Source of the DNA: Cenococcum geophilum
Taxonomy: Eukaryota
Length of the DNA: 64,000 nt
Reading direction: 5' to 3'
NCBI GenBank assembly: GCA_050273025.1
Contig: CP158635.1
Span: 18,848,001 to 18,912,000, forward strand
The notes under the pieces are model-generated. The model was not told the DNA's origin. It was given only the letters and a program-made list of their open reading frames with translations, and did no database searches. A program made the translations under genes and the position numbers. Shown here one piece after another: positions 60,401-64,000 of this stretch. The stretch's first letter is position 1. The number at the start of each line of letters is the position of its first letter.

Positions 60401-63385
60401 TATATTTAACCGTCTCCGCATTATAAAAGGGGATAAATAGCTTACTACATTTCGTACCCAATATGGACTATTTAAGTACTTAGTAACACCCTTCGGCCTC
60501 ACAAACGCCCTAAGCTTGTTTTAACATTATATAAACAACACCCTGCGCCCTTACTTAGACATCTTCTATACTACTTATATCGACAACATCCTAATATATA
60601 GTAATAACCTAATTAAATATCAGAAACATGTTAACCTTATCCTATAAGCCCTATACGGAGCTAGTTTATAATTAGATATAGATAAATGCAAGTTCTATAA
60701 AACGGAAGTCCTATACCTTAGACTCCTTATTTCTATAAACGGTATACAAATAGACCTAAAGAAAGTTAAAGTAATTGTAAACTAGCAAGAACCTAAGAAC
60801 GTTAAGGATATAAGAGCCTTTATAGGATTTACTAATTTCTACTAACGGTTTATTAATAACTTCTCCGCCCTAGTTTTACCCCTTATAGCTCTAACCTAAA
60901 AGAATAAAGTTTTTATCTTTAATAAGAAATGCAAGAAGGCCTTTGCCTATCTAAAAGTTATGTTTACTACTGCGCCCGTGCTCTAATACTTTAACCTAAA
61001 CTGAATAAGTGTTATAGAAGCCGACTTATCTAACTACGTCACTAGAGGCATCCTGTCTTAATATAACAAGGATGGAGTATTATACCCTATAGCATACTTC
61101 TTAAAACGACTAAGCCCAGCTGAATGTAACTACGAGATCTACGATAAGGAATTGTTAGCTATTATTAGGTGTTTTAAATAATGGCGACCTAAACTAGAAG
61201 GCGCTGGATTTCTAATTAAGGTCCTTAGCAACCATAAGAACCTATAGTACTTTATAACCACGAAACAGCTAAGTCATTATTAGGCCCGCTAGTTAGAATA
61301 TTTATCTCATTTCCGATTCTTAATTACGTACCGCCTAGGCGTCTAAGATTAAAAGCCTAATGCCCTAACCTAACGCTCGCAAGACGCGCCAGCCCTAGAA
61401 GAAGCGCGCTCTTACTAAAATCAGACCCTACTTTACCCTAAACTATTTAACCCTCCTACTAAAGATCTTACGGTATACGTCCTTGAAATAACCAATTAAT
61501 TAATTAAATAGATTATAGTCGATGAATACCTAAATAATGAGTTTATTTAAGAGATGCTTAAGCTAATATAAGATAGCATCAGATACTCTAAAAAGATTTC
61601 TCTAAGTAAATACGAAGCCCGTGGAAACCGCTTATATTACTAGAACCGTCTAATTATCCCTAATTATAATAAGCTTAAGCTTAAACTCTTTAAACACGTA
61701 TATAATCTACTTATTACCGGCTACCTGGGCCAAGGAAAGACCCTAGAACTACTCTAACGGGAGTATTATTGGCCAAATATGTATAATATAACACGAAGGT
61801 ATATCTCTAGCTGCTATACCTACCGACGAGCTAAAGCCTCGCATAAGACGTATAACGGTCTTTTAAAGCCGCTACCTGTTCCAAACTAAAGATAGAAGGA
61901 TATCTTAATTAACTTTATTATTAACCTTCCTAATAGTAGAGGCTGCACGAATATTATAGTAGTTGTAGACCAACTATCTAAAATAAGACACTTAATCGCC
62001 TGCCCTAATATATTAACGCCTGCTGTTACCCAACTATTCCTAGATTACGTATAGAAACTCCACGGACTCCCTAAAACAATTATCTCCAATAGAGGTAGCC
62101 AGTTTATCTCAGTATTCTAAAAAGAACTAACTACTTGACTCTACATTAAAGCACTATTGTCTACTATATATTACCTAGAAACGGATAGCCAAATAGAACG
62201 CGTAAATACTATAATAGAACAGTATATTTGGATATACACGTCGTATTTATAGGATAACTAGATTAACTGGCTCGTATTCGCCGAGTTTACTATAAATAAT
62301 TCCATCTCGGAAACCACGAAAGTCTTCCCATTCTTAGCCAATTACGGCTAGCACCCATAAATGGGTTTTGAACCCTTTAGTAATATTCCTTACCCTACTT
62401 ATTACGCCTTACAAGTTATAGAAGTAAATAAATTCGTAGAGAAGATAGAGAAACTATAATAGTTCCTTACTAATAAGATAATATAGGCTTAATCTATCTA
62501 TAAAGCCGCAGCGAATAAGAAATAAACCCTAGTACTAGCCTACCAAATTAGTAATTTTATCTGGCTAGATATAAGAAATCTAAACACGAAACAACCTACT
62601 AAGAAACTTAATTAGAAGAACGCTGGCCCTTATAAGGTTAAAAAGGTTATCTCTCCTTATACCTACTAACTGAAGCTCCCTAATACGGTTAAAATCCACC
62701 CCGTATTCTATACGTTAGTCCTCCGCCCTGCTACCCCTATATTAGACGCCCTGCCTAGATAGATATAAAACCCTCCCCTACCAGTTGAAGTAGATAGTAA
62801 GAATAAGTACTTTATTAAAAGAATTAACGATATTAAGTATGATAAACGGAAACGCTAATATATATATCTTACGAAATGGAGAGGCTTTATTAAGTCCTTA
62901 TAGGAACCCGTTAACTCTATAGGACTTATATAAGCCATAAAAGACTTTTATAAACTCCACCTAGAACTACCATAGCCCCATCTCGCAGAAGCTCAAGTTT
63001 AAAGGGGGGGTATTGTCACGGGACACCCCCGTAACACCTTGCACACGTCTACCTATTTCTACTAACTTAGCAATTAAAGACTAACCGCGAAATGGCAATT
63101 TAACGGCAATCTAATGGCAATCTAACGGTAATCTACGGCATTCTGCTATATTCTGCCAAGTTCTACCAAATTCTGCTAAGTTCTGCCAGGACTATAACCT
63201 AAACCCTATTCTGCCTATGCACGTGTTAACTAAGCAACTAAGTCAACAATATATACCCTTTCTTCCCGTTTTCCTACCTTCTTTCCTTACGCAACGTCTT
63301 GACCTCCTTACACAGTTTATGTATATAGCTTAATAATATCTACCTTGCTATATATATTATCGTCGCTTATACTCACTCCGTGACA
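57483..63385 (+). mobile_element. Full-length Ty3/gypsy chromovirus-like element (LTRs 57483-57854 and 63014-63385)
   Basis: 372-bp LTRs; [48 protein letters not shown], integrase and chromodomain-like YLTKWRGF; PPT AAAGGGGGGG. Confidence 0.96.
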
Positions 63386-63789
63386 GTTACCACTCCGTTA
63401 AAAGGAGATAGGGAAAACCGTGGGTCGCAATCCAAGCTGCTAGGTAGTATTTAGTAGTTGAAAACGGCAAGTAACTATATGCTCCGCGGGCGACTGCCCT
63501 AGGGGTTAGGAGGGGCCGTATATTTACTCGTTCGTTTGTTCACTCGTACGCTCGTTCGTCCGTTAATGTAAGGTCATTAATACTTTTTATTAGGGGCTAG
63601 GGGATGCTTTTAAAAGCTGTTTATCCACGTTGGATTATATAGGTGCTTAGTAGGAGAACTAGTGGCTATATTATAAAGGGGTACCATTAGTAGTAGTTTT
63701 CGAGATCTTACCATCCTATATAAAAACTTTTTACTACGCCCCACGACGCATATAACCACCAGGTCCTACTTACACGCGCTGTACAACGT

Positions 63790-63875
63790 CTCTGCGTTGG
63801 CTCTGGGTCTGAACTTCGAAGACCTAGGTTTGTAGCCGTCACCACGTACAGGTGCAGAATCTGTTTTCGACGGCC
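63790..63875 (-). ncRNA. HDV-like self-cleaving ribozyme at the element 5' end (core intact)
   Basis: GGCCGTC GAAAACAGA TTCTGC ACC TGTACGT GGT GACGGCT AC AAAC CTAGGTCT TCGAAGTTC AGACCCAG AG C CAA C GCAGAG: P1 with G1-U wobble, P2, P3/L3, P1.1, P4 and J4/2 in HDV order. Confidence 0.88.
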
Positions 63876-64000
63876 GGATCTACCTAAATATAGAGCCCCG
63901 TTAGAGCTATTACTATTAATTATTAACCCTTAAAAGACTACGTTCTTAACTCTTAGTAATAATAAAAAGGAAGAGCTTTAAGCTCTATAGAAATACTATA

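Larger units (their letters stand above)
56949..63875 (-). mobile_element. SINE-like non-LTR element, copy 2 (56949-57482 plus 63386-63875), split by a gypsy element
   Basis: 15-bp TSD GGATCTACCTAAATA (56934-56948, 63876-63890); (CTA)n tail; homology to copy 1 at both ends. Confidence 0.9.
54265..64000 (+). mobile_element. 5' part of copia element E (5' LTR about 54265-56696, split by element D; gag 56780-56948 and 63876-64000)
   Basis: LTR end followed by GTTATAAGCCC; gag sequence matches the reverse complement of the gag at about 33700-33880. Confidence 0.72.

Overview
AT-rich, repeat-dense region of a filamentous ascomycete genome. Most of the window is nested transposable elements whose reading frames are broken by C>T/G>A transitions typical of repeat-induced point mutation (RIP). 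Resolved elements: a Ngaro/DIRS-type retroelement 5' part, a Helitron 3' half, several Ty1/copia elements (two GalEa-like), two Ty3/gypsy chromoviruses, two Tad1-type LINEs, a solo LTR, a non-autonomous LTR element, a MITE, and TIR elements built from tandem repeats. Many have recognisable target-site duplications (TSDs). A small higher-GC island (about 7.9-14.0 kb, continuing at 34.26-34.86 kb once a copia insertion is removed) holds two apparently intact genes and several pseudogene fragments. The most notable signal is a ~1-kb non-coding, SINE-like retroelement present in two copies (38953-39968 +; 56949-63875 -, split by a gypsy). Its first ~85 nt fold into a complete HDV-like self-cleaving ribozyme whose G1 coincides with the element 5' end, and its 3' tail resembles that of a LINE in the same window. 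All calls were made by eye; family names are pattern-based and no searches were run.
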